A stretch of 38,905 nt of DNA, taken from Octopus bimaculoides. Lineage: Eukaryota. Both the position numbers and the translations under genes were made by a program. Within the stretch, counting starts at the first letter, position 1; each line of letters starts with the position of its first letter. Shown piece by piece: positions 10,820 to 22,952 of this stretch. Under the pieces are notes generated by a model. It saw only the letters and a list, made by a program, of their open reading frames with translations, searched no databases and was not told the origin of the DNA. Location: NCBI RefSeq assembly GCF_001194135.2, contig NC_068987.1, positions 94,165,984 through 94,204,888 on the forward strand, written 5' to 3'.

Positions 10820-11145
10820 TGAGTAAAGGACATCACAAAAAAACGTTAAATAATGAGAAACGAAAACATAAAGACGAAGACAGAAGACGAACTTTTTTTC
10901 GAACAACGAAAAAAACAGAGAAAAGAGACATGCAACATAAACAATATTTCCCTTCTTCAGTTGTCCCTGTTCCATCTACTCCGCGTTTCGAAGGCAAGGA
11001 CAATGCGCGACTTCGTCGGAACAGTCCTTCCCGCAAAGCAAATTAATTAAATTTGGAATTTTGTGCGGAGGGTGAAAGTGTAAACAAGAACACGACATTG
11101 AGAATAAAACAGTAAAAACAAGACAGAAAAGTGAAAACAACCGGT
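10820..11145 (-). repeat. Dispersed repeat with T-rich arms around a hammerhead-like core
   Basis: Minus strand: ggactgtt-CCGACGA-AG-tcgcgcattgtccttgcc-TTC-GAAA-CGCGGAGTA, followed by a second CTGAAGAAGG (10950-10959). Both flanks are T-rich on the minus strand. Confidence 0.45.
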
Positions 11146-11152
11146 AAGGGTT

Positions 11153-11234
11153 GATACTTAATTTATCGACCCCGAAAGGATAAAAGACAAAATCGATCTC
11201 GGCAGAATTTGAACTCAGAACATAAAGACAGACG
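11153..11234 (-). mobile_element. SINE family B fragment
   Basis: tacttaatttatcgaccccgaaaggataaaagacaaaatcgatctcggcagaatttgaactcagaac matches 34720-34790. Confidence 0.9.
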
Positions 11235-13543
11235 GTCCTAATATACAAACATTTCTCATGGCACCAGCACACCGTTTACAGTTGCTTACATTTTTTAATG
11301 TTTTCCGTGAATTTTAACGGGTCCAACCAGTTAGATATTAATTTACTATTGTAATATGTGTAATTATCCGTTATTACCTATAAATTCTAGATGTTATGAT
11401 AGAATAGATGAAAGCTCGGTGGAACCACACAAATCTCCATTTCAGCATCCTTATATATTAACCTCTACATGAAAGATGTCCCTGCTATGGGCTCTTTTTT
11501 GACTTGAGGTTAGCTAGATACTTCATAACCTAATAGGAAGCCAAACACAAGATTAAACTACTTCATAAATCTCCTACATAGAATCCACGGAGAAGAATTT
11601 TTCTTATCTGTTCAATATGTGGATGAGCAGCTCATGGGAAAGTTGAACATTTCAATGTTATTGAGTCGTATTCTTAGAAATTAGCGAACAACTCCGACCA
11701 TATTTTCATGAATAACAATGAAGCGAGAAAGTGCCAGAAACATTAGTCTACGTATTTTATCTGTTCTTTTTTTTTTCTGTTTGTTTTGCTTTTTCTGTTT
11801 GTTTCCCAAACAGCTTGAGTTCGGTTTCTGGATAAATTTACTTTGCCATAATTTAAAATAAAATAAGTAAAAGGAGCCTGAGAATGCTGTATGGCTTCCC
11901 ACTTACAACTTTGTGCTGGGTTTAGAAATCCTTATTAAAACTGGGAAGACACTTGTATTAACAGCAGAAGTTGCATGCCATACGTCATCTCTTATTTTAC
12001 ATTCCTCAATGTCATGATATAAAATCTGTCTGTGATTATCTTACCATTTCTCCCGGAACGGTAAAATAAGTTCATCGGGAAAGATCTATAGCCAGTGAAT
12101 TCCTAAAATATTTTGAAAATTATAAGGTTAGAAATCAATAAACAATCTGATTACAAGGCAAAATTCGTCCAACAATTTGGCATTTATTGTCAAACTGATT
12201 AAATAAAAGGGGTGAGAACTACCACTTCTACATTTTCCTATATTTTGTAGTGGATCAAAGGAACATAATCAATATTCCGTCGAGCTGGTTAAGAAAGTAT
12301 ATAAAGGTTTAAGTTTTCCTTTCCCCAACACTTCTTCTGTGTTCGAGGGTTTGAACTTAATTAAAAGACTTTACTAATAATATGTGCGTCACACAGTAAC
12401 TGTCTGTTGAAGCCAGGAGATTGCTTTATCAGTCAGGAGTTAAATATTGGTATGCTCCGAGAAAATGGTGTTATTCTTGTAATTTAAGCATTAACATTGT
12501 TTCCTAATATCGAAGAACTTTGATGTTGCGTTATTCATCTTGATCTTTACTTTAAAACTTTGCTTAGGATTATATTCCGACAGATATTCCTGTTGTTTAA
12601 CCTATGTCAACCCTGACTCAGCAGATTTATGATCTAAGACATGTAGCCGTGAGCATCATACCCTCGAATCCATTCAGCATTTTGTACTTTATTACATAAT
12701 ATCCAGTCCTTTTTGAAGGGACCGTAAAAATGTAGCATGAGATTTATCTGCTGCGGAGGACAAGTGATTCAGTGATATTTCTGGCAATATTGTTTATATT
12801 GAAACTGCGAACTCTAACGTACAGCAAGAGGCTCGCTCCTTTTTAATTGTTTCGGTGGTCGAGATGGTTCCTCAACTAACCTCAAATTCTAATTCTAATG
12901 CAGTTAATTAGAGACTGCGCTGGTATCAAAACCTTCAAATGTTATCTAGCCTAGAATAACAGAAATTTGAACTTTATCAAAATCAATTGATCGCTTTTAA
13001 AACGAAACAAAATCTTTAAAATTATTCATAATTGTTCATTTATAAATTATATAAAATGACGCAAACCAACTTAAGTACCGTATCGCTTCTAATGGGACCC
13101 CAGTTAATTAACGAACTGGGAATTGGGGTGAGGAAATTTCAGTCGTTGTTTTGCACCTCCGCTTGTGGTCCCCGACTCAGTGCGTCAAGTAATTTGTGGG
13201 TCAGAGGTATTAAAGGCAAAGTCGAACTAAATCTCATTCGTAGTAGAAAGCCCACAAGTATCGATAGGCTATGCCTTCTTTCTCAGCCTGATCAATAAAA
13301 CAATTAACACTAATAGGCTGCAGTTAATTAGTTCATTCACTGTTGCCTCACTTTGAACAACAATCAGCTTTGTGTTGGAATGTACGCAATCCATATTATA
13401 TGAGGTAATGTATATACCAGCGCTTATGGGTATATACACGAATATATACATACAAATAAATCAAATAAATATACATATATGTATGTCCTTATGACTTTTG
13501 TTTTGTTATTTTTTTTATTTTTTTCGATTTGCCTTCATATATA

Positions 13544-13904
13544 NNNNNNNNNNNNNNNNNNNNNNNNNNNNNNNNNNNNNNNNNNNNNNNNNNNNNNNNN
13601 NNNNNNNNNNNNNNNNNNNNNNNNNNNNNNNNNNNNNNNNNNNNNNNNNNNNNNNNNNNNNNNNNNNNNNNNNNNNNNNNNNNNNNNNNNNNNNNNNNNN
13701 NNNNNNNNNNNNNNNNNNNNNNNNNNNNNNNNNNNNNNNNNNNNNNNNNNNNNNNNNNNNNNNNNNNNNNNNNNNNNNNNNNNNNNNNNNNNNNNNNNNN
13801 NNNNNNNNNNNNNNNNNNNNNNNNNNNNNNNNNNNNNNNNNNNNNNNNNNNNNNNNNNNNNNNNNNNNNNNNNNNNNNNNNNNNNNNNNNNNNNNNNNNN
13901 NNNN
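13544..13904. other. Assembly gap in (TA)n
   Basis: N-run. Confidence 0.98.
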
Positions 13905-13969
<65 letters not shown>

Positions 13970-14769
13970 ACACCTACATACACACACACACACATATATA
14001 TATTTATATATATATATATGCGTGCGTGTGTTTACACATACATACACATATACAGACACATATATATATTTAGAGAGAAGGAAGAGGTGGAGGAGGAGTG
14101 ACATAATATAATGCTCAACTAAGTACGTCTATATTATATTTCTATATACTTATATGTGTGAGGCACAGCAATGTGAAATGCATGCATAGGTATGCAGAAA
14201 CACTTAAGAACAACGTACAAAAACGTGTGTTTGTGTATGTATGTGTGTGTGTGTGTGTGAATGTTGTTTTAGTTTAAAATAATTATATTATCCAGCTGTT
14301 ATTAACATAACAAATGGCAAAAGTCGACTATTCTCATCCTCATGCACTCACAGAAAAAGCTTTCAAACACACATCTTCATGTTCCTCCATATATTCTGAT
14401 GCATAAATAAACGTGTAGAACATAATAGATATTAACATATGCTACACTGTGTGAACTTGTTGCATTATGGTGAGCATTGCGTCACTGGCAATGTAATGCA
14501 TATACACAGCCACACACCAAAGATTACTGTTTAATAGGAGTACAGGGTAACATATCTATGGAGAGTGAACTATGATTGATTCTTCGGCAACCTCAGTGCT
14601 TACCTGGTATTTATTTAATTGAGCTTGCAAGGATAACAAGTAAAGGCGAGTTGGTCACCATTTGAAGAATATATACGGACGATATAGCGAAAATCAACTC
14701 ATCCACCATTCTTTCGAACCTGCAGCTCGCCATTCTTTCACAGTAATAATAATAATAATAATAATAATA

Positions 14770-14935
14770 ATATTTTTGTTTTACTATCATAATTGCAGGT
14801 CTACGAATTTAAAGACACCGGGGTACGGTTGATTAAATCAGCACCCAGTGAGTTGAGGGGCACCTCTGATGTTGCCGGAAATTTGAGAAACTGAAAGACT
14901 ACCTCAGCGAGATTTCAACTCATAAAACACTTCAC
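14770..14935 (-). mobile_element. Old SINE family B copy with a (TAA)n-side tail
   Basis: gattaaatcagcacccagtg and ctacctcagcgagatttcaactcataa align to family B in reverse; (TAA)n at 14743-14770 lies on the tail side. Confidence 0.55.
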
Positions 14936-15047
14936 TTTAGGCTCTTAATTCCTCGCAGGTCAATTCGTAATTTTTATTTCCTTGTCGGTCTTTCTCTGCC
15001 TCAGTTACTTTGTCTCAAAAAAGTGCATGTGTATGCATGTGCGTATG

Positions 15048-15095
<48 letters not shown>

Positions 15096-15222
15096 GAGAG
15101 GGAGAGGGTAATCAATGCATGTGTGGAGGGTGTATCCGGCAATCCATCCACTTACCTCAGACACCATTCCTGCGAACATCGGTTAACAGAATGTATAGGA
15201 AAGAACACTGATTCAGTAGAAT

Positions 15223-15452
15223 TACGAGGAGATACCCAAAAGTAACCGAAAACGTACTCTGTGAAACAGGCCCACTGTAGTTGAGGCTTCCACAGCTAGA
15301 AGCCACTTGATTAGACCCTCAGGCATCAATCTGCCGACCGGCGGCATAGAGTGTAGTCCTACTGGCACGTGGTGTGTCTTCGTTTTGTAGAGTTTCTCCT
15401 CTGTTTTGCGATGGCTGAAACGAAGGAACAACATACTTCCGTGAAATTATTT
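15223..15452 (+). mobile_element. Second copy of the mariner, 5' end only
   Basis: TA + cgaggagatacccaaaagtaaccg TIR and 5' UTR match the reverse complement of 880-974. ATG at 15411 gives MAETKEQHTSVKLF, vs MAETKGQHASVKFC in copy 1. Confidence 0.9.
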
Positions 15453-15777
15453 CAATTTTTTTCTCTAATTTTATGTTACTTTTTATATTTTCCTTCCTAT
15501 TGTTAATTATAATCTTATTCCATTTCATAGTCTGCAGATGCCTCTGCATATGTGTGCGTGTGTGTGTATATGCATTTGCGTATCAATACATATATGTATA
15601 TACGTATGTTTTGCGTGTATTTGTAGGATGAGCAAACTACTTTCGTTTTAATCAAGATCGTAGACTGCTTTTGCACCTGACGAGTAAATTATTTTGTACC
15701 CCTACGAAATGATTCGGAGTATATCTTGGCGATTGTATTATAACATCCTACCAAACTACTGTTTTCGTCTTACATAT

Positions 15778-15940
15778 GACGCAGGTGTGACTGTGTGATA
15801 AGAAGCCTGCTTCCGAACCACACGGCTTCGGTTTCAATCCCACTGCGTGGTACCCTGGGCAAATGTCTTCTACAATAGCCTCTAGTCGAGCTAAACTTCG
15901 GGAGTGAATTTAGTAAAGAGGAAACTGAAAGAAGCCCGTT
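15778..15940 (+). mobile_element. SINE family A (tRNA head plus CORE-like body), ending in (GT)n
   Basis: Aligns with 31606-31757: cccactgcgtggtaccctgggcaaatgtcttctac ... ggaaactgaaagaagcccg. Confidence 0.9.
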
Positions 15941-15952
15941 GTGCCCGTGTGT

Positions 15953-16017
<65 letters not shown>

Positions 16018-16519
16018 TGCGTATGTGTATAGGCACAGATTTGATAGTACCGTTAAAATGCTCGCTTTCCGACCACATTATTTCTGATTTACATCCAGCG
16101 AGCGGCCCCCTAGATGTTTGTGTTATAAGTCTTGGCTCAGCAATGTCATGTGAGTGAAATTGGTAAAGAGGAACCGAAAAAAGTGACCTCAAGATTTTAA
16201 GTCATAAACCAAACTGTTATCAAATACGCGTAACTCCAACGCAGTGTTGGGTGCTAGTTCATGACGTCTTGCATTGGTTTGTTTTCCGAGTCCGTAATTT
16301 AACAACTTGGCAAAATTTGTCTGATGGAATGAAGGGCTGGCTCTTAAAAGTAACCACTGGAAACGTGTTGACCGATTTGCTGACCACCAAGGCAGTACAT
16401 CAGAATGGCTACAGTCCAAAGACTGAAATAAGTGGGAAAATAAAATGATATATTCTTGTAATCGTTAGTGAAAATTCTTTCATAGCAGCCAATATAATTT
16501 CTAAAAGAGAAGTTCCCCT

Positions 16520-16745
16520 GCACAACTATGAGCAGTAGTGTTCGATCCCATTGCGCGGCACCTTGAGCAGATGTAGTTTCCTACAGTCTCAGTTTAACTC
16601 ACACCATTTGAGTGTGATTGGGTCGACAGAAACAATACGGAACCAATGCCGAGGTGGGTCGGATGGATCATGACCTGTTGTTTAAAGGGGATCAGGCTTG
16701 TCCCATTGTGTTATGCTGATTCTTACGTTAAGAGTAGATATGCCA
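16520..16745 (+). mobile_element. Old SINE remnant with a family-A-like 5' part and a family-C-like 3' part
   Basis: gttcgatcccattgcgcggcaccttgagcag...gtgtgattgggtcgacagaaac resembles family A; aaaggggatcaggcttgtcccattgtgttatgctga..tacgttaagagta resembles 32205-32270. Confidence 0.45.
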
Positions 16746-17334
16746 TTAAGACGCTAATGTAAGGAAGAGGGGTAATTAAGATGGCTGACAACCGAAACCT
16801 CACCGTAGAGTGACTGAGATCTACCATTAGATAGGATGTCTCACATTTAGAACGGGTAGAGATGTATCATTGTACACTGAAGAACTTTCCACAAGAATTT
16901 CTAAAGTGACGGGGAATAACAATAGCTACGAGGAGGAATCGCAGCTGCTGCGCAGATTTCTTCGTTCTGGGTTCTTGTTTTCTTGGCTTTGGCTTCCTTC
17001 TTCGTTCCTTACAAAACTCAGACATACGTCTAGGTATGCATGAATATATGTGTAAAGCTATAAGTGTGTGTGTGTGTGTGTGTGTGTGACTGTAGTTATA
17101 TGTGTGTGTGTGTGTAGCTATATGTGTGTGAACTCAGACACACATGAACAAAATCAAATACAGTCACACACACACACACACACACAAGAAAAATATAAGC
17201 AACGTACCAAACCCAAAATTAAGCTCTCAGACATGCATTCAGAAGCAATCACCTCCTCCCGCCATCCATAAGTGAAAAGAACAAAATACCCAGTCCATGT
17301 GTGAATGTGTGTGTGTGTGTATGTATGTTTGTGT

Positions 17335-17377
<43 letters not shown>

Positions 17378-17874
17378 AATACATGTCCATATGTATGTAT
17401 GTATGTATGTCCATATATGTGTATGTATGTACAAGTTTCTTTTAATAACACGAATATTAAGTAACGAAACTTCTACGATTTTTTCTTTTCTTTTTTTTTC
17501 TTTGCTTTCAAGACTTCTCAGAATATCAGGCCAAATTCCAATCAGCCCAACACATAACACAATATCCATTTAATCTAACTGGAATCAAATTACTAAATAT
17601 TTAATTCCCATTATTTTAATAAAGAGCAGAATCTGGGGCGCCGCCACCCTGTGTGGTGGTAGGATCGTGTGTTAGACGAAACTTTATCGTTTCAGATTTG
17701 TTTTAAATTTCTATTCAATTGTTTCAATTGTTGAAAGAAATAATACCGACAATAATTTTTTGCTTTTTTTACTTTATTACAGGGTCACAAGTGTACAGAA
17801 AAAATAACGAAAAGCATCTAAAGTCAATTGAAAACTTCCTTGTGTATTACTGGTATTTATTCTGCTGAGGCCCT

Positions 17875-18074
17875 AAGGTGAGCTGTCAGGATAGTTAGAG
17901 CATCGGAACATAGCGTTAAGCTTCTGTCACTTTATGTTTTCAGTTCAAATAGCGCTTGGATCAGCTTTGCCTTCGAAGAAAAGAAGTACCAGTGAAGTAT
18001 GAGGGGGTCGATTTTCTTGATCCCTAATACGCTCCGCTTAAAAATCGCTGACATTGTGCCTAAACCAGAAGCCA
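17875..18074 (+). mobile_element. Old SINE family B copy
   Basis: aaggtgagctgtcaggatagttag head, cagttcaaat B-box-like motif, ctttgccttc, aagtaccag, ggggtcgatt. Confidence 0.7.
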
Positions 18075-18212
18075 TTCTTGTGATAGCACTAATTTCGATC
18101 TACGAATTTCATCCACGAATATTGCAAAGGGTTCAACAGGCCTCAGAATCAGACTGGCTGTGGGTATTTTACTATTGATATAAAACTAGCTTTAAATACA
18201 TCACGAGCTGTT

Positions 18213-18341
18213 GGTGACGCGGTTGCCGAGTGGTTAGAGTATTAGATAGAATACCTCGCGGTATTTATTCCCGCCCTCTGAATTTCAATCTCACCGACGA
18301 TAGATTTGTCTTTCATTCTTCCAGGTAAGATAAAGTACCTG
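18213..18341 (+). mobile_element. Old SINE family B-like copy
   Basis: gccgagtggttagag A-box-like motif, gcggtattt, tctgaatttcaatc, gatttgtctttcattcttcc, taaagtacctg. Confidence 0.55.
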
Positions 18342-18380
18342 CCAAAAAGTACTCATAGCTGATTTTCTCTCCTCTCTCCA

Positions 18381-18427
<47 letters not shown>

Positions 18428-19014
18428 TTCTCAATCTCTTTCTCTCTGTTCCTCCCCTTCGCTCTCTTTCTTCCTCTCCCCCTCTCTAAATCGCTTCCAC
18501 TGTGCTGCAATAGACGTTGGAGTGCAACATACGTGACATTTCTCTTAGATAGAGACAGATCGACGTGTCGGATACAATGGTGCAGAAATAAAGTTAGAAA
18601 ACATTCTGCAGCGCAGTAGATGGTTATTTTATTATGGCCAGAAACATTTAGAAAAATAAAATTAATCTGGAAAGGATTTAAACCCAACTTCAACAAATGG
18701 CTGCGTGATTCTTTGACTGGAAAGATTTGAAATTTGTGCGAAGAGTTGTGGCTGGAACTCATCCTGAACGCATGATAATATGGAAAAATTAAATGCGATC
18801 CAGGGAAGGGAAACGATAGTTGAAACTTCGGACATAGACACAGGATTAACAGTGATAATATAAACAGGCATTAGATACATCAAATGCCATCTGCTCTTCA
18901 CACACACAGACACACACACACACACACATACACACACACACACATACACACGCGCGCGCGCGCGCACACACAGATTGAATCTATCATTAGTTTAGCAAGT
19001 TTCGATATTATCTG

Positions 19015-19203
19015 AAGGTACCGAGCTGACAGAGTCGTTAGCGCGCCGGGCGAAATGCTTTGCAGCATTTCATCTACCTATATGTTCTGAGTTGAAATTT
19101 TGCTAAGGTTGACTTTGCCATTCATCCTTTAAGGATCGATAAAATAAGTACCAGTTGAACACTGTGGTCGAAATTGCTGGCCTCGTGCCAAAAATTTTAA
19201 ACC
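19015..19203 (+). mobile_element. SINE family B copy
   Basis: aaggtaccgagctgacagagtcgttagcgcgccgggcgaaatgctt...gttctgagttgaaatt...gactttgccattcatcc...gataaaataagtaccagttg...gctggcctcgtgccaaaa. Confidence 0.9.
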
Positions 19204-19992
19204 AATATTACCAAGGAATTGATACTTCGCATTATAAACTTACTCTCCTCTACTGAAATGGTTTTGGATTTCTCTCAACGCAAAAAAGCGATTTACCGCT
19301 TTCCATATAATATTTGATCGATGATTGAAGAAAGTCACAAATCACAGGATTGTCCATTAAATCAGTTGCAAGTTGTATTTTGCTGTGTAGCTGTGGGACA
19401 TTCAGTGAATCTCCGTGTTGCTTCAATCAACTTTTACTAAAACAACAAAACTTTGTGGAATTTTCATGCAATAAGCAAGCATCCATTCCATTGAGACGGT
19501 TGTCTTTCAAGTCACTAACAATGAGAAAAGTAAAAGAATCAATGCCTGCAGTTAGTTTGAACTCACAAAACATCTAAATTAGTCAGACTGAGAAAAGTGG
19601 AAGGGCCACATTGGATAATGTAGTCCTAAATAGACAATAGCCAAGGACGAACCTGGGTGGTTAAGACAGGAACATATTTTATCACAGATCTGTTAAGTAA
19701 TGACCGATGTGGATTAAACGACAACGGGAACGTAAGAAAGTGTTTATTGTAACGTTGTAGGGAGTAGAATTGCACTGTTTGTGTGGAACATTGTTTGGAA
19801 TGTGAATTTATCTGTATTGAAATCTTGGAAGGATTTATTTCATCGAAGGAAAAGAAACAGAACACATTGAAATATCTCAAGTTACCATTTCACCACAATA
19901 AACTGTTTTCTTTCCATTTATTTTTAAAAGAGCTGTAGTTGCCGACATAAGTATGACATCATATATGTTTGTATGCGTAAATCTTTGTATTT

Positions 19993-20104
<112 letters not shown>

Positions 20105-20979
20105 GGCAATGCGACTCGCGATATCGCCGCAGAGTAACTCTCGCTTCTCGTCAAAGCGACGTATATGTCACTGAAAGTGCTCAACTAATAATTATGCATA
20201 GATCTAAATTTCTTGGGATTACGTCACAGTTTAAGGTGGAGAAATGAAAAGGAAAGGACAAATTTCTATTAATTCCGATGAAGGAAAAACGTGAACTATT
20301 TTACAATCTTTCGTGACGAATTTTAGTTTCTGTGAGCATGCATTTTCTGAAACAGTTGAAAAGCGCAAAATTCATGTGTCACGTGATCATGAATCAGTCG
20401 GTCACGCGGGTTTGAGTGTGCAAGCGACAGGAACAGACAAGCGCACTGAAACACGTGTGTGTAAGGGAAAATCCTTATATGAAGCCCAATGATTTAAAGG
20501 AATGTTGTCTTTTTCCCATAGAATGTGTGTAAAACGAGAAGGCGACGCTCACGAAAAAATGATAAAATATTAAAAAATAAAATAGGGAAACTGCACAAGA
20601 TTACAGCAAAATCTTATTCAATGACAAATACATAAATGTGTGTGTGTGTGTGTTTGTGTGTGTCTCTGTGTATTTGTGTGTGTGTCTGTGTGTGTCTGTG
20701 TAATCGTTATTTGCCTTGTTTACAGTGACACACGAAACACTGATTTGCTTATTTTTTCTAAATAATTTCCTGCAGATTTAAACGTAAATATGCTAATCGT
20801 TGTTGTGTATGTCACAGAAGATCAACTTGTACTTTTTGCGACGACAGTGAGTTCATAGCATATTAAGCTCATTGACGCAAGGGATTCTGGGACTGCGGTT
20901 TTTCGACATGCTTTTCGTCAGCCAGACACTGCAAATCATCTCTTTCAATGTTCTAACAATTCCACATATTCAATTACCT

Positions 20980-21122
20980 TCACTGGTACTTTATTTATTG
21001 ACCTTGAAAGAATATATGACAAACCTGACCCGAATGGGATTCGAACTGAGTGTCCAGAGAGCCAGAACGATTACCGCAAAGGATCCTATCCAGCAATCTA
21101 ATGACTCGGTTAACTCGTTGCT
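20980..21122 (-). mobile_element. Old SINE family B copy
   Basis: actggtactttatttattgacc..gaaagaat..gggattcgaactgag matches family B in reverse. Confidence 0.55.
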
Positions 21123-21784
21123 ACAACAATGATAATATTCATATTTCCGTTATCATATTCTGGTCATCATCACAGAGAAAGATGGACAAATTGCAAAAAC
21201 TAACAATTTACTCAACGATAAAAGCAAATTTCTAAGTATTCAGAAATTTAATATCATATAATTAAATGAAAGACTGTCTCAATTAATCTCCCCCAGTAAA
21301 CACAATAAATGGGGACAACTTATTTCCCACTCATTAAAGGAGAGTTCACCCCGACCCATATTTATGGAACATTAAGAAGACAAAACGAAAATAAAACCCT
21401 CTGACCTGTAACATCTCAAATAAATACGCCAGTACACAATTGTCAGGAATAATAAAATCCATTCTTTGAAGAACATTTAGATTCGATTCCACAAACGGAG
21501 CACTTTGATTGTTTATAAAGAAGTCCACCGAGGAAAATAAATTGTAATGGGAAATGAGTGTTGTAATAAATTAAATGGTGAAGTTAATCATGCAATTTAG
21601 TCCCTAACTATAAACCAACAAATAGATCAGGCACCACGCAAAATCATAAACTAACAGAAATAATAACTAGAGAAGAGGAGAACACATCAACCAACTCCCA
21701 GAACAGAACACAAAATACATCCTCTAATTCATAAAATAGCAGAAATAATAATTTCTTAATGTGTGCCGTGGTGAGAGGGAACAA

Positions 21785-21936
21785 TCGATTTAATCAATCC
21801 CTGTATTGAACTGATACTTTATTCTATCAACCTTGGAGCGATGAAAGATTAAGTCGACCTTAGCGGGAGTTGAACTCATAACGTAATAGGCCGTAGCTAA
21901 ATACTGTAAGGCATTTTTTGTCCAAGACAAATGACT
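21785..21936 (-). mobile_element. Old SINE family B copy
   Basis: aactgatacttttattctatcaacc..gatgaaag..aagtcgacctt.gcggga.ttgaactca.aacgta matches family B in reverse. Confidence 0.7.
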
Positions 21937-22842
21937 TATTAATTTACAGCTCTTAAAGTATGACTTGTAAGGTACTACAAAACCACTAACTGTAAATACT
22001 TTCTTAGCAATAATTAATAGCATGTAAACTGACGAACTAGCTACAAAAGAACAATATGGTGTATTAATTGAGTTGCAAACTTCCCGACTTCAACTGTTAG
22101 ATGAACCATATCAGCACTACACTGTCCTGCTGAGTAACAAACACTTACATCAGTAATTTCAAGATACTACGGTACAGAATAGGAAACAAAACTAGACAGA
22201 AAAGCATTAATAAACAATAAGGTTCTCCTAAAATATAGGCGACAAATGTTGGAAACAAAGATCATACTACGGTACAATAAATGCTGAAACAAACCTAGGA
22301 ACAACATCCGCTAGAGGCATACAAATAGAATCACCAGATTGATAAGGGCTAAAATTCAAAATTTGAAGATAATGTTTCTATTAATCATACAAGTCATGTG
22401 AGGTTCATTACGCCAAGAATAATAACACACGCACTGGTTCAATATCACTTCTCTGCTGCTAGTTAATTATTCGTGTTTATTATAAATTTACTATAACATG
22501 ATATCAACATATACTGAAATCACTTCGTCCTGAAGGCTAGGTTACAGAACTAGAAATTGTGATGATGGCTTTAGGAATTTTATTCTTCCCGATATATTGT
22601 ACGAGTCATACAAAAATAAGGGAACCATTCGATGAAGAAATTAAACTAAGAACTGCAATCTTGTTTTCAATACGTCATAAAGAAAAGCTTCCCCTCATGT
22701 GTGTGTTTATGTGTATTTTTGTTTGTGCACGTGTGTGTGTGATTGTGTGTGTGTGTGTATGTGTGTGTGTGTGTGTGTGTGTGTATAGCGTGCACGTGTG
22801 GGCGCGTAAATGTTGAGAGAAAGTGGAAGAAAGACAGACAGT

Positions 22843-22844
<2 letters not shown>

Positions 22845-22906
<62 letters not shown>

Positions 22907-22911
22907 TAGAC

Positions 22912-22952
<41 letters not shown>

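Noticed and set aside
17640-17675. Perfect Kozak GCCGCCACC followed by CTG
   Set aside because: The frame closes after 8 codons; a vertebrate consensus with no other support.
18662-18890. Minus frame NPVSMSEVSTIVSL superficially like a Cys-loop or chemotactile receptor N-terminus
   Set aside because: No Cys-loop, WxPD or other family motif, and the frame ends in a stop.
19330-19880. Weak piggyBac-like words (TDLLS..NGNVRK)
   Set aside because: Too little similarity; no TTAA/TIR structure or catalytic motifs seen.
22527-22562. CTGAAGG-CTAG..CTAG-AAA hammerhead-like string
   Set aside because: A9 is substituted, G12 is consumed by the stem, and there is no helix III or NUH.
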